Shown here in pieces: positions 23,925 through 35,966 of a stretch of 64,000 bases of DNA. Under the pieces are notes generated by a model, which saw only the letters and a list, made by a program, of their open reading frames with translations, ran no database searches and had not been told where the DNA came from. Source of the DNA: Eremomyces bilateralis CBS 781.70 (Eukaryota). The stretch lies in the NCBI GenBank assembly GCA_010015585.1, contig ML975155.1; one strand, written 5' to 3'. The position numbers and the translations under genes are program-made. Numbering within the stretch: position 1 is the stretch's first letter; every line of letters starts with the position of its first letter.

Positions 23925-26411
23925 CTAGAAGAAGAGAGGCCCTTTTCCTCCTCTTCTTCTTTTCTCTAGCAATTCGATAACCCTGAAAGCCTGATCTCTG
24001 ACAAGTAGCAGCTTAACGATGGCCTCGTGACCATTCTCAGCCGCCCACGACAGCGGCGTCCGGTTGTCTTCAAGTGCAATATTTGCGTTGATAATGTTTT
24101 TGCTCAGTAATCGAAGCAACAACTTGATCAGAGATCGCTCTTGCTTCGGGGCGCATATGATATGCTGCATGCAGAACGACTTCGCATAATCATAAAAGTA
24201 AAAGTGATCCAGTGAACGCGTGTAACAGCGACTGTTTGTATCCATAGTGGTCTTACCCATATCAAAGTTAGGCATTTTCCTAGACTTCAATAATTTCAAC
24301 GCAATGGTTCGGCCCATGCTGGAGCCTATTGCTTCTCGAACGATCTCTGACGGCGCTGATCCCATTTTCATGCGAGGAGCCACAGCAGTCGACAACTGGG
24401 TTCCAAAAACCCCATAGTTGAGATAGGTAACGATGGTATCGGCGACGTTTTTGTGTGCGAGGTCTATTATGAATTCTCCATCGTTCGGGTCTCTAAATCC
24501 AGTGAGGAGGAACTGCTTAAAACTGTGATGTACTAGCCGAGCAGTCTTCTCTTCTTCGTCAACGACAACAAGGCCTCCACAACTAGCCAATGTTGATATA
24601 ATGCCGTTAATAAGACTTGAAAGTCTCCAGTCCGTATTTCCTAGAACCACGCTGAAGGCTTCTCGAAGTTCTTCCGTTGTTAAGGGACGAAATGCCCCCA
24701 CCACGGGGTCTAAAACCTGCCCTGCTCTCCGGATCTCTGAAGGATGCGAGTATACGTTTCCGGAAGTTCTTTCGGAAGATGATCTAGTGCCTGGAGGATT
24801 TCGTCGTCTGTCCTCATCGTGCAAAGAGACTGAAGTTGAAGAGCGACCCATAAAAACATGCCTTGCGATCCCTTCATGAGTTTCCGCTGTATGTCCGAAA
24901 TGATCACAGGGTTCCTATTTTCAGTTTCTCAGAGGAGACGAGACTCTCTAACTCTCCATCAATATACGCCTCAAGGTCGGGATTGTCGTCAGGCATGAAA
25001 ACTGTCCTGGAAGCAACGAGTCCTTCAAGACTCAAACTTTGGTTCTTAGCCGGATCGAGGCGGACTGAAACGCAAAGGTGAAGAGTGACGGTTCCCTGGA
25101 GCTTCTGGAGTTGCTGAACTAATAGATCTCCAATCGTAAAGTCGCATTCATCAATCCCGTCAAGTACAACGTATGCGGGGGTATTTTCTGGGAAGACGCG
25201 CTGAAGAAGACGGCATACATCTTCGACATCCAGATGTGAAGTGGTCTCGTCAGGAAGTTCTTTTGATAACACCAAGTCCGGGATTGAGATAAGTAATTGT
25301 CGAGCAAGAGATCCAAAGATTGTCCGAGCCTTGAGACTTTCGGGGATGTCATGCCGACAAAAGAAGTAAGCAACGGGAGTGGGTTTTCCTTCAACCCAGG
25401 TACTGAGGTCGTGCACGATATTGCACAGAAGAACGGACTTTCCAGATCCCAGCTTGCCCATATATATCAGGGTCGAAGAACTCGCACGGCTTCTCCAACC
25501 CAGGTATACAGTGCATCGGGAATACAGAGAGCAGTGTCCGAGTTTTCGAGTTTGCTTCCAAGTCGTCTAAAAATCATATGTGGAGCAGAGATCTAGAACC
25601 CGTAACCTGGTCTGCAGGTTCCGCTGATGCGACACAAACTCTGGCCTTTAGTCACAAGTGCTTTGATTCCAGTAATTTCGTGGCCATCGTCATGGACCTT
25701 CTTGGCCATAAGAAGGTTTACCTCTTCTTTGATTGTATTGGCCCAGCTCTCTAGGTTAGACTGGTCCGTCCTTACATCCGAGTCACTGAGGGCGGATACG
25801 AATTTGGTGATGGCTGATTTCTGTGCAAACTTCCATATTTGATGGCAGAAGCCGACAACCACAATATAATACTCGGCAAGACTGGCCTGCAACCGTTTCG
25901 ATTGCGGATAGAGAAGGGCCATAATTTGATAGCGGGGAGCGGAGCGACCAATATCCATAAAAAGGCTCGATAGCTTGTCCAGGTATGATGAGTATGTGGC
26001 CATTGACTGCAACAGCATTAATATCACATCTTCTCCAATAGAGCGTCACCCGGAATACCGTACTCACGAGCAGAGACATTCGCACGAGCATCCAGACGCC
26101 ACAATAAAACCAGGTTCTGACTACCGCCAAGAATTACATCTCCAAGCGCTGCGAATTGCTGAACGGCGTGAAGGAAACTTGTCAGCCGCGGACCGAAACA
26201 TCGTCTACCAGCAACAAGTCCAGAAGTATTGTCGATCCCGGAAGTAAGCCTCATGATATCGCTCTGATCGGGAGGTGAGAAATGCAGCTGTAAGTTTTGA
26301 ATTCGGAGTCCAGCTTTCTGCTCGCTAGAGAGGTCCGTTTCGAGCTGCGACACGGCTTGGGCGAGGCGGATCCCGGGTTTCAACCGCGAAGCGTTCGCTA
26401 GCAGCGGACAT
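23925..26411 (-). pseudogene. NACHT-ankyrin NLR-like pseudogene, truncated after the first ankyrin repeat
   Basis: N-terminal LKPGIRLAQAVSQLE...RCFGPRLTSFLHAVQQFAALGDV..GGSQN; P-loop GKLGSGKS; Walker B YVVLDGIDE; GMFLWVALQ...LPKELPETYTRIL; RPLTTEELREA; ankyrin RTPLSWAAENGHEAIVKLLL. Domains are spread over several frames, with about five frameshifts and an in-frame TAG near 25568. Confidence 0.9.
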
Positions 26412-26690
26412 GTTGAAAGCGTCTATACCGTAAAGTCTACGAAGTAAAGTGTCTCATGAAATGAATGGCCATGTTATATCAAGTTGAGAAATTGTAGTCA
26501 AATGGAAGGGTTTGACTAGGAAATCCTTGAGAGACATGAGGTTTTGGGACTGGATTTAAGTAAATACATTATCATGAGTATGGCCCATATGGATATGTAA
26601 AGTACTAGGACAAAAGTCTGTGCATGCCCCACACCAAAATCAAACAAGCTGAACAACCACCAATTTTCAACCATCAATATTATCATCAAA

Positions 26691-27220
26691 ATGAGGTCGT
26701 TTGGGTAAGAAATTAGTGGTAATCGACAGAGAAATCGCGAATTAAGCGAACGTCAAAGAGCTGCGATTTTACAGGCTGTTGCGACGATAGAACTGAGGCG
26801 GAGGTTGCAGAGGAGCATAATGTCGTTATTCGCACCGTATACAATACCATCAATCGATGGAACCACCACCACGTCACTGCATCCTTACCCCGTAAGGGGA
26901 CCCCCCGAAAGCTATCGCGGTCTGACGAACGGCATATCGTCAAAATTGCACGCAGATTCCCAAAGATAGAGTATACAGAGCTCCTCGAAAGCGTCGAATA
27001 CCTCCGGATCTCAAAGAGGACTATCTACCGAACCCTTAAGAAATATCACCTTACGAAGTGGCGAGCGAAGGAGAGGCCGCATCTTAGGCCTCATCACGTC
27101 AAAGACCGGCTCCAATTCGCCCGCGAATTCGTGAAATTCGACTTCTCAAGGACCCACTCTACAGACGAGTGCTCTTATGAGAAAGGGGCCAGCGGAAAAC
27201 AGGTTTGGGTATGGCGCCAA
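26691..27220 (+). mobile_element. Tc1/mariner (impala-like) transposase relic, N-terminal half only
   Basis: Not in the ORF track. Reads EISGNRQRNRELSERQRAAI / EVAEEHNVVIRTVYNTINRW...SLPRKGTPRKLSRSDERHIVKIARRFPKIEY...ISKRTIYRTLKKYHLTKWRAKERPHLRPHHVKDRLQFAREF...STDECSYEKGASGKQVWVWR: bipartite HTH plus first catalytic Asp. Early TAA and a frameshift near 26785. Confidence 0.9.
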
Positions 27221-27571
27221 ACTCTACTATGTACTACCGTACCGCGTGCCCGCGGTATTCCCGAAAAGTTGTAAAGGAAGCGATTGGCCAGAGCGTAATA
27301 TCAGTTCTATGCAGCTACGCCCGCATTATTTCCTTAATCCTAATCCATAATTCTCCAACTTACCTTTCCTGATGCTTGACTAGTTAGCCAAACCTAACCA
27401 AACTACCCCGACGACCATCTATAATCTTGCTCGTTAAAATCCGCAGTAATTCCATAAGTATCAGGCTGATTCTGCCTTTCCCCGCACATCGTCAGATATC
27501 CTCGCTAAAATCACTGGTTCTTACAGCCTCGGCCAAGAAGGTATATCATGTATTCTGTAGTAACGAATGGT

Positions 27572-27578
27572 TATAAAA
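27572..27578 (+). promoter_or_regulatory. TATA box upstream of the tannase gene
   Basis: TATAAAA about 80 bp before the signal-peptide ATG at 27656. Confidence 0.5.
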
Positions 27579-27655
27579 GGCGGCATCCTCCCATTGGAGT
27601 ATAAGGTTGGTATCCCTTCTTGTTCGTCACTTCAATCCAAGCCTTCCCCGTCATC

Positions 27656-29216
27656 ATGTTATCCACCCTTCTCTTTTCATTCTTGGGGCTAGTGGGCCTG
27701 ACTCTCGGGCATGGAAACAGTCACGGAAACCAAAAGCACGAGTGTGCCGACATTCGTCTTCCCCTGTTCAACGAGTTCAAGGTCCTTGATATCTGGGCGG
27801 AAGGTCTACGATTACGCCTCCGGCGGCGCATCCGGGCTTAACTTCTGCAATCTCACCGCCGCCATTACTCACAACAACGCGGGCGATTACGTCTATGTCC
27901 ACGTCTGGCTCCCTTTGGAGGGATGGAACGGTCGATTCTTGGCAACGGGAGGTGGCGGTCTTGTGGCTGGTTCCGACACCAACTTGCCCGTACCAGTCTC
28001 TCAAGGTTACGCTGCTGGTGCCACAGATGCTGGCTTAACTTTAAACCATACAATTGACCCGACCTCAGGTCTCTGGACCTTGAACAGTGACAACAGCCCC
28101 AATTGGGAGCTGGTTGAAAATTTTGCTAAGAGGTCGATCCATGACTTGACTGTACTTGGAAAGGAGGCTGTCAAGGCATACTACAAGAAAAAGCCTCATC
28201 ACTCATATTATAGTGGGTGCTCCACTGGCGGCCGACAAGGCTACGCTGCGGCCCAATACTATCCGAACGATTTCGATGGAATTATGGCTGCCGCCCCCGC
28301 ATATTTCTCTCCCAGGTTGACGCCGGGCCTGTTCTGGCCTTCTGTCGTCTTGGGGAACATTATTGCTCCGCCTCAATGTGTCTTCGAGGCATATGAGGCC
28401 GACATCAATGCATTCTGTGATCCGCTTGATGGAGCAGTCGATCAATTGGTCGGAGATCCCGATCACTGTAATTATGATCCTAGGAAACTGATTGGTACGA
28501 CCATCAATTGTGATCAGACAGGTGGGGAGATTAGCATCAATGATGAGCACGCACAAGTGGTTGAGAGAATCCTTGAAGGCGCGCGGGGTATTAACGGAGA
28601 CTTCCTGTGGTATGGTCTGGCTCCTGGGGCAGGTTTTAACGGAATGGCCAACACGAGAACGACCGAGAATGGAACCGTCGCGGTCCCATTTGACGCTGCG
28701 GAGATTTGGATCAGATTCCTCGTCCTCCAAGACCCGGACTATAACACTGCGGCTATGACCTTCGCCGACTTCGAGCGCATCCATCATAGAAGTGTGGAAC
28801 TTCTCAGCCCAAGAATCGGGACTGACGACGCGGACCTCTCTGCCTTCCAGAGGGTTGGTGGCAAGCTTATAACCTGGCATGGATATTCCGATCAGCTTAT
28901 CTCCCACGAGAGCTCTATTCGCATGCGAGAAGTGTTAGAGAAGAATATGGGCAAGCGAAATGTCGAAAAGTTCCAACGGCTCTTCCTCGCTCCTGGTGCA
29001 GCGCATTGCCGCGGAGGTTTGGGACCAGTCCCAGCCGATCCTCTGACTTCCGTTGTGGCATGGGTAGAAAGGGGTGATGCTCCGCGAACGCTGTTCGCAT
29101 CTACAACAGCGGGTCCGGGTGGAGTTAACATAACGAGGAACCTTTGCCCTTGGCCTCAGATTTTGACATACAAGGGTGGAGATGTAAATTCCGCAGAGAG
29201 CTTCAAGTGTAAATAA
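27656..29216 (+). CDS. Tannase/feruloyl esterase family; signal peptide out of frame with the catalytic domain (frameshift near 27800)
   Basis: VWLPLEGWNGRFLATGGGG, YYSGCSTGGRQG (CS nucleophile motif), FDGIMAAAPA, GGKLITWHGYSDQLI, RLFLAPGAAHC, WVERGDAP, RNLCPWP; signal MLSTLLFSFLGLVGLTLG is in a different frame. Confidence 0.92.
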
Positions 29217-29681
29217 GGAGACTAGACAACCCATTACTTAGCATATCACAATGTATAATGTGGAAGAAGTGCACCTTGTGCTGGTCAAAAATATACTTAT
29301 AAGTATTGCAAGGCGACAACGTAGAAGGAGAAGAACAAAGATGCCTACTTATATACATGGGTGCTCGGTCGCGATCACAGCGATCACTCTGACCACCACG
29401 ACTAGAGAGAGAGAGGTTCATACTCCGTACGCCGGTCAGGCCTCTCTGCGAGGCCTATGTGGGGAACCACCTAGCCTGACTAATTACATGCGTAGTGCCT
29501 TGTGGCCTCGTGCCCCCATTCTGAGTTGCCTTGACGCCTTGACGCCTTAATCAAGCATTGCATCAGCATCAGCATCTGCATTTACCATAACTTCGTGCCA
29601 ATTCTCACCAAACTCACCTTCGATACGCATTCGATCCAAACGACCACGATCCCGAAGTCAATTCTCCTCCCCTTCTCCACC

Positions 29682-29994
29682 ATGGCAAAGAAAGGCATAC
29701 CCCCCTCCCCCATCTTGACTCTCCAACCATCTAACCCCTCCCAGCCAAATCCCGCACCGTCGCCGTCCGGCTCATCTCAATGGCTATGACGGGCTACTTC
29801 CGCACCTTTGTCCGACCGCGTGCTCACCGGCCGCTCAGCATGCTGAAATACGACCCAGTCGGTATGTTGTGACGGATATCCCTCGACAAAATATTCGTGG
29901 CCAGATTATAGAACAGGATGATGCTGACGGGATTGGTGTTGCAGTTAAGAAGCAGGTGCTTTTCCTCGAGCAAAAACGGAGCGGGAATAAGTAG
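29682..29994 (+). CDS. MRPL39: Mitochondrial ribosomal protein bL33, 3 exons (29682-29694, 29745-29861, 29945-29994), 59 aa
   Basis: Spliced product [59 protein letters not shown], with the L33 motifs RLISMA.TGY and LKYDPVV; first intron needs a GC donor. Confidence 0.95.
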
Positions 29995-30512
29995 ATGGGA
30001 AGATGCGCGCGCGTGTGAGCGGGAGGTGTCTTTGGTACTGGATGTGCACGATGTACACTACTGGGTTTATTTGAGGAGTTTGGGCATCAGCGACGGCGTT
30101 ATACCAGCCTCAGGCGATGGCGGGTGGGACGGCATCCCCGTGAACCCAGGTTGGGACTCTTCACTGCATCGAGTACACAGGGACGAGCATAAGAGTGAAG
30201 CGTTTAGAATATATCTGCTGAGCTAATCTATATCTCTCCGAATCATACCCTCCGAAAGCTGACTGTGTTCCATATTTCAATATCTTGTCCGTTCTGATCA
30301 GTCAACTTTGCCTTGCATTCTGTCATCGGTTCCATCCTCATACATCATTACCCATCAAGTCCACTGCCTATTCCGTGCTTCCTAACATCTGTTATTGTTG
30401 GATGCTCACATATAACCTGTCTCATCGCTATCATATTTCTGTAAGCTCGTCATTCTCGAAGTTGTACCATGGTCCGCATTGCCATGCAGTCAGCATTGAC
30501 GACCGAAACCGC

Positions 30513-33500
30513 TCAATGACTGCTCTGCGAGAACCTCTGGGCATACTTTTGCGCTACTCAATGTTAGCAAACCCATCCATGCAATTCCTTGCCACTTACT
30601 CTTCGTCACCCTCGAAGTTCGTTTCTGTGATCCCTGCCGAGCCGGCTGCTTCCCCGTGCGAGCACTGACAAAGTCCCCTGTAAACTCAACCGACCTAGAG
30701 ACACTCTCGCTCTTCATCGCGGTCTTGTGGCGCGTGTGTCCGGAGATCGGACTCTGTCCTGTCGGGACGATCTCATCATGCGCCGTGGGTTCGGCGATTT
30801 GGACACGTTTCTTTGCTGGCGGCCCAACGGCAAGCGGGGCGCCTCGCTTCGTGCCCTGTTGAATTGGCTTTACAAATTGTCGCGGACCGGGATTGAACTT
30901 CGCCTGAGTCTCCGGTCGTCGTGAGGCCACGCCGGACAATGGGCTGGAGACTGAACTAGGGGATCCGGAGAGCTGCCTCACCTTTGCTCTGGTTATGTTA
31001 CCGTCTCCAAGCTGCGTTGGAGCATCTCGATGTTCTTCGGAAGGAGTAGCTGCAATCATGTCCGCACCCTGGACGAAGGAGAGTTGTTTGGCCATCTTGG
31101 TCCTGCCTTGGGGTACAAAACCCTTCGTCACTGGACTCTCTGGGACTCTGGGTGGTTGGTATGTGTCCGGTGGGGTCAGTCCAGTCTCGATAGGACTCTT
31201 TGTTGGCCGTACGTGTGCATGTGAACCTTGGGAGTATCGCTCTTGAGGATCCAGAGACACCTGGCTCAGATTCACGTACTGGTCCATCCTGCCGAGCTGT
31301 TGTCGAGGGGCACCACTCTCAGCCAAACCATCGTTTCCCATCTGGGTGATCAGATCCTCAACGAATTGGTTCTCCTTGTCGGACAGCTGAGAGTTTCGAG
31401 GTGGAGACAGCGGGTTTAACCCCGCAAAGGCTTGAGCCGGGCGCTCACCCGTTGCTTTCACAGCTTCTTGAGCCGGCTGTTGGGCGGGGGTGAAATATTG
31501 CGTCTCATAGACGATGTCATTTCCGTACATGTTCACAGCCAAAGCGTCAGGCCCGTCGATACGCTCATGGGCATCCACAAACACGTTAGGGTCCCTCAGT
31601 TGAGACTGGGCGTCCACAAACATGCTAGGGCCGCTCAGGTGAGACTGGGCATCTTTGCTTGCGGAATCTTTGCTCCGTTGGGAGTCATTCTGGACGTCTT
31701 GGCTTCCAAGATCGCTCTGCATCTGGTGACCTGCCACTTCGATTCTCTTCAACGGCTGACGTTCACCAGGATGGTGTGCGGATGGTCTCAAACCTTCACT
31801 GCCGCTCTCGAATCCGGGTGTCTCGGTGATAGAACGGATGAACGATTGGGATTCTTCTAGAGGACCGCTATCACGACGATGTGATTCAAGCAAGGCTTGT
31901 CGGCCTCTCTTCCCAAGCCGATGGAGCTTCTCAAGCTCGGAATTTGCATTGCTTGTCGGATGGTTCTGATGTCCAAACGGCGCTCTTTTACTTTCTAGCA
32001 TTTTTGGATGCACGTCGGCAGCTTCTCCCTCTGGCCTCCACTTACCGCTCGGCGGCATGAACGACATGATATCTTTGATGACTCCCTCCTGTGCTTGCAC
32101 GGTGCTTTGTAGTTCTTGATTCCGATTCTCGACGAACTTTTGGTTGTGTGCATTCTTTTCCTTCTCAACCTTCATTGCTTCCTGGATCTCTTCGAGATTA
32201 GCAGACTTGGCCTTCTCATCCTGAAGTTGTTGCCGAAGCAGTTTATTCTCGTCCCTGGACCCGTCCAGCTCGGCTTGGATCCTTCCGGAATCGTCATCGT
32301 GAGTTTGCTTGAGCTGGTGTATCTGGTTCTCATGCGATGCTTTCGTCTCCGCGAGAAGCCTGTTAGCGTCCTGGTTGAGTTGGTTTTTTGATGCTTCGAG
32401 TTGCTGTGTCATCTCGGTTGCTTTCTTTGCATCGTCTTGCTGTGCTTCGACTAACAAAGATTCCAAATCCCGTGATTTACTGCCCAAGTCACTGACTTGT
32501 CTGAGTAGGAGAGCATTGGCCTTTCGGATCTCCTCATTAGCCGTATTGGCTTTCTCCAACTCTTTCTCAGTGCTCTCTCGAGCATTCCTGGTCTCACCAA
32601 CGAGCTGTTGCAAAATTGCGATCTTGTCGAAGGCGTCTCGATGCCCTAGAGCCTCTTGTTGACTGTTCTTAAGATCCGTTTCGAGTTGCTGAATCCGGTC
32701 ACGCAGCTCATTCTCTGTCATAGCTCCTGCTGTCTCGGATGCCTCCAACTTCGTGATCTTGGACTGGAATGCCTTCGTCGCTTCTTTCATAGCCGCATTC
32801 TGTGAGCGTAGCTCAATGGTCTCCTCGTGACTACGTTGTGTCTCAAGCATTCTCGTCTTGAGATCCATAATACTCTTCTGAGCAGACTGGTCCAGGCAAC
32901 CGGGGCAAGGTTTTCTATCCTCGAGCGTAGAATGAAGCTCTTGGGACAACACTTTGATGCTGAAAATTGTGAGATGGTATCCATGCTTCCATCACGACCT
33001 TTTCTTACCTCTGTGATATGCAGTTTGCATTCTCCTCTAGCTTCGCTGCATTGATGGAAGGCTGATCTCGCAGGCCATCAACAGCCTTCAAAACCGTTTC
33101 AAGTTTGCTCACAACTTCTGGAACGTCGGGAAGGGTGCGAATGTGCTGCTTGACTGCCTGCTCTAAGGCCTCTTTCATTGTCCCCGAGATCTGGTCCATC
33201 TTTTGCCACATTTCTTCTGGCTTCACCTGAGTTTCTCCCACCTGCTTGGCAAGTTCGGCGTGCATATCGTGAACCTTTCCCAAGGCACTGTATGCCCGAT
33301 TCATCGCGATGAGAAAAGTGTCGGCTCTCGCTTTCCATACAGCAATATCTGATTGGACGCCGGCAAGAGACTGATCGGCTTGAGCTTTGACATTGGCCAA
33401 CTCAGTGTTCAAAGATTCGACACCGCGAATTGAATCTTCGAGCTTCTGCTTAGTCTGCTGCAGCTCAGAATTCAGTGTCTCTTTTCGGTCTTCGAGGTGC

Positions 33501-34993
33501 TTTTCTCTGATACTAGAGCTTGTCAACTGGGATTCAAGGTCTTTGATCAAGCCTGTGCTCTCAGTAACCTTCGACTCGGCCTTAACCAAGTGTTGGTCCT
33601 TCTCCTGATGCCTGCTTCCGAGTTCATCGTGGCGCTGCAAGAGAGACTGATGACGCTCCTTCAAGGTGGCGATTTCCTGCACAAGGTTTAACTTCTCTTC
33701 CGTAATCCTCGCGATCGTTGTTTGGAATTCCTTTCGTTCATGCTCTAAAGCGTTTGACTTTTTCTTCTCATCCTGATGAATGATCCAGCCCAGAAAGTTC
33801 AGTGTGTCAGTCGTTGTACTGTGACCACTGATCTTGGGAACTGTCCGCTCTGGGGTTGGCGTGCCTGCCCGTGAGTGATTACCGTTACGGGACTTGACTA
33901 CACCAACAGGATGTGCACCTTCGAGAATCAGGTTGGGAAGTTTTCCGCAGCGCACTGGTGTTGATTCGGATGGTGGAGGTTGCGTAGAGATCCGAGGGCC
34001 CGGACACTGGCCTTGTCCTGGCTGTTCTGGCATTCTCTGTTGCCTTGTCTGTGTTGAGTCCGCACTTATCTCAATGTTGCTATTGTGAGGCTGGGGCTTC
34101 GGTTTTTCGCTATGATCGACGACATTGAGACGCCCTTGCCGAGAGAATAGTCGGTTGACTTCCATTGTAGTTCCCTTCCCTACTCGTGCTTTGTTCTCGG
34201 AAGATGCGCCCTTTGCCGACCTACTCGCTTGTTCCTCCGATGATGGCCTTCTTGCTGAAGAAATTGGCCTTTCAGCGATAGATCCTGGAGCCATGTGGGG
34301 CTCAGTCTGCATGAAAGTTTCACCCCCCTGGCATAGGCGTTCGTCACGCCCGTTTGGACGCTTGATCTTCTTTCCCTCACAGTCAATGTCACTCTTTTGT
34401 CCCTGTTTCATGGCTTCCCTGTCAGACTGAGCAGGAGCGGAAGTGATCCAGGGGTTGAGATATTGTGGCTGAAAATTGTTGCGGTCGTTGAGCTTCGGCG
34501 TGTTTGGTCTAGAATGAGCCTGATCCTGAGGCTTAACTTCGCTTCTCGCCTCGCTCACTGGCTGCGGGGTTCTATCCATTCCCTCGTCTTGGGCTTCAAC
34601 GCCAATGGCCGAGCCTGGTATCGCTAGACCAGATGGTACTGTCCATTGTAAGCGGGAGGTCAACCATATGGATCAATGATGACACTAACCAGGAAGACAT
34701 GGATCATTTGTCGGGTTCGTAGTGAGTCGAACCGGACGGATTGAAATCCTACTTGGCGGATCGACTCGCTTGGTGAACTTGAACTCGGGGATAGCTAGGC
34801 CTGCTGAAATAGGGCGAACAGTAAGATGATGAGGAACCGCCGGTGGTGGCATGTCTGAGCTAGTGTCCTTCCCCTGAGGCAAACCGGAGGCTATGGTAGA
34901 CTTCTCAAAGTTCGCTGGAGCTGCCTTCGGAGCCAACCCGGACTGCGGCAAATCGGACCCAAAGGGAAGAATGTCTGGTCCACGGTTCTCCAT
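30513..34993 (-). CDS. Large coiled-coil protein (~1444 aa), 4 exons (34993-34690, 34638-33009, 32959-30600, 30553-30513); further upstream exons possible
   Basis: Three frame-consistent GT-AG introns join the 108, 552 and 820 aa ORFs; long central heptad-rich E/K/Q/L region flanked by disordered S/P/Q-rich termini. Confidence 0.8.
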
Positions 34994-35533
34994 GGTTACG
35001 AGTTTTGACAATTATGCCATTTACACTAAACAGTAACGAGGTTGACTCGTGGTCAATGAACCAGAGGTGTACAAAGCTTGAGAAGTGAGATTTCCAGCAG
35101 TACCACGCGCAGTTAACCTGCTGTACGAAGGATGGTTCGGAAAAGGGATGAATATTGCTTGATCCTCCTCTTGACTTCTGATGATATAGTCAGGACGCTC
35201 ACAAGACCATGATACCCGCTGACTGAATAAAGGGAAGCTGAAGTTGAGACGAGATTCAGAAGCGTGTGGCGAATGCAATTATTGGATCCTGTAGTAATAT
35301 CGTAAGCTCCATTGCAGTCAGAGGTGGACGGTTGCCTGATTCAGATAATGGAAGTCGAACATATCGCTCCTTCCTCCTTGTGGCTCCGGAGTCATCCATA
35401 CTGTGTCAGACGCCTCTGCTGCTTCAGACAATCAACACGCCAAACGAGGTCGAATCAACTGAAAATGTTTAGTCTGATTGTTTAATAAGAAAGCAAAAAC
35501 GAATTAGATTAAGAGAGAAAAGGTCAAAAAAAA

Positions 35534-35656
35534 TGGAAGTAGGAGGAGTCGAACCTTCTCCAGTGGAGTTTATCAATGGTTGAAACAATTCGCCCAAGTG
35601 TGAGGAACACTATGATGGACGGTCCATCATCATTACCTATGAGCACCAGTACTTGA
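35534..35656 (-). pseudogene. Degenerate tRNA-like / Pol III element
   Basis: B-box/T-loop GGTTCGACTCC (35555-35545), then TACTTCCA and a T8 run; 5' AAGTA could pair with TACTT. D and anticodon arms do not fold convincingly. Confidence 0.3.
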
Positions 35657-35966
35657 GGAGGTTAGGCTTGCCAGTATATGATGATTATCTGTTTCTGTCG
35701 AACCAACTGTCTCACTTCGTTGATATCCCTATCGACCGCCATTTTCATACAATCAGATGTAACTGGGGCTGTTTGGACGCTGACCATAATGGGATTAGTC
35801 GCAACATCAAGCAAGAACCTAAACCAAGTATAATAATGACATCAAAGTCTGTGAGTATGAAACAATTCATCATATCAAGAGAGCTCAGTCCGTACAAGTG
35901 ATGTGACCGGGTGGAATTGCAAACCCAAATGCGAATACAGTCTAAATGCCTACCGATATATTTATC

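Noticed and set aside
30490..30599. ORF-track C-terminus SKWQGIAWMGLL... of the coiled-coil protein
   Set aside because: Read-through of a 46-nt GTAAGT..CTAAC..TAG intron.
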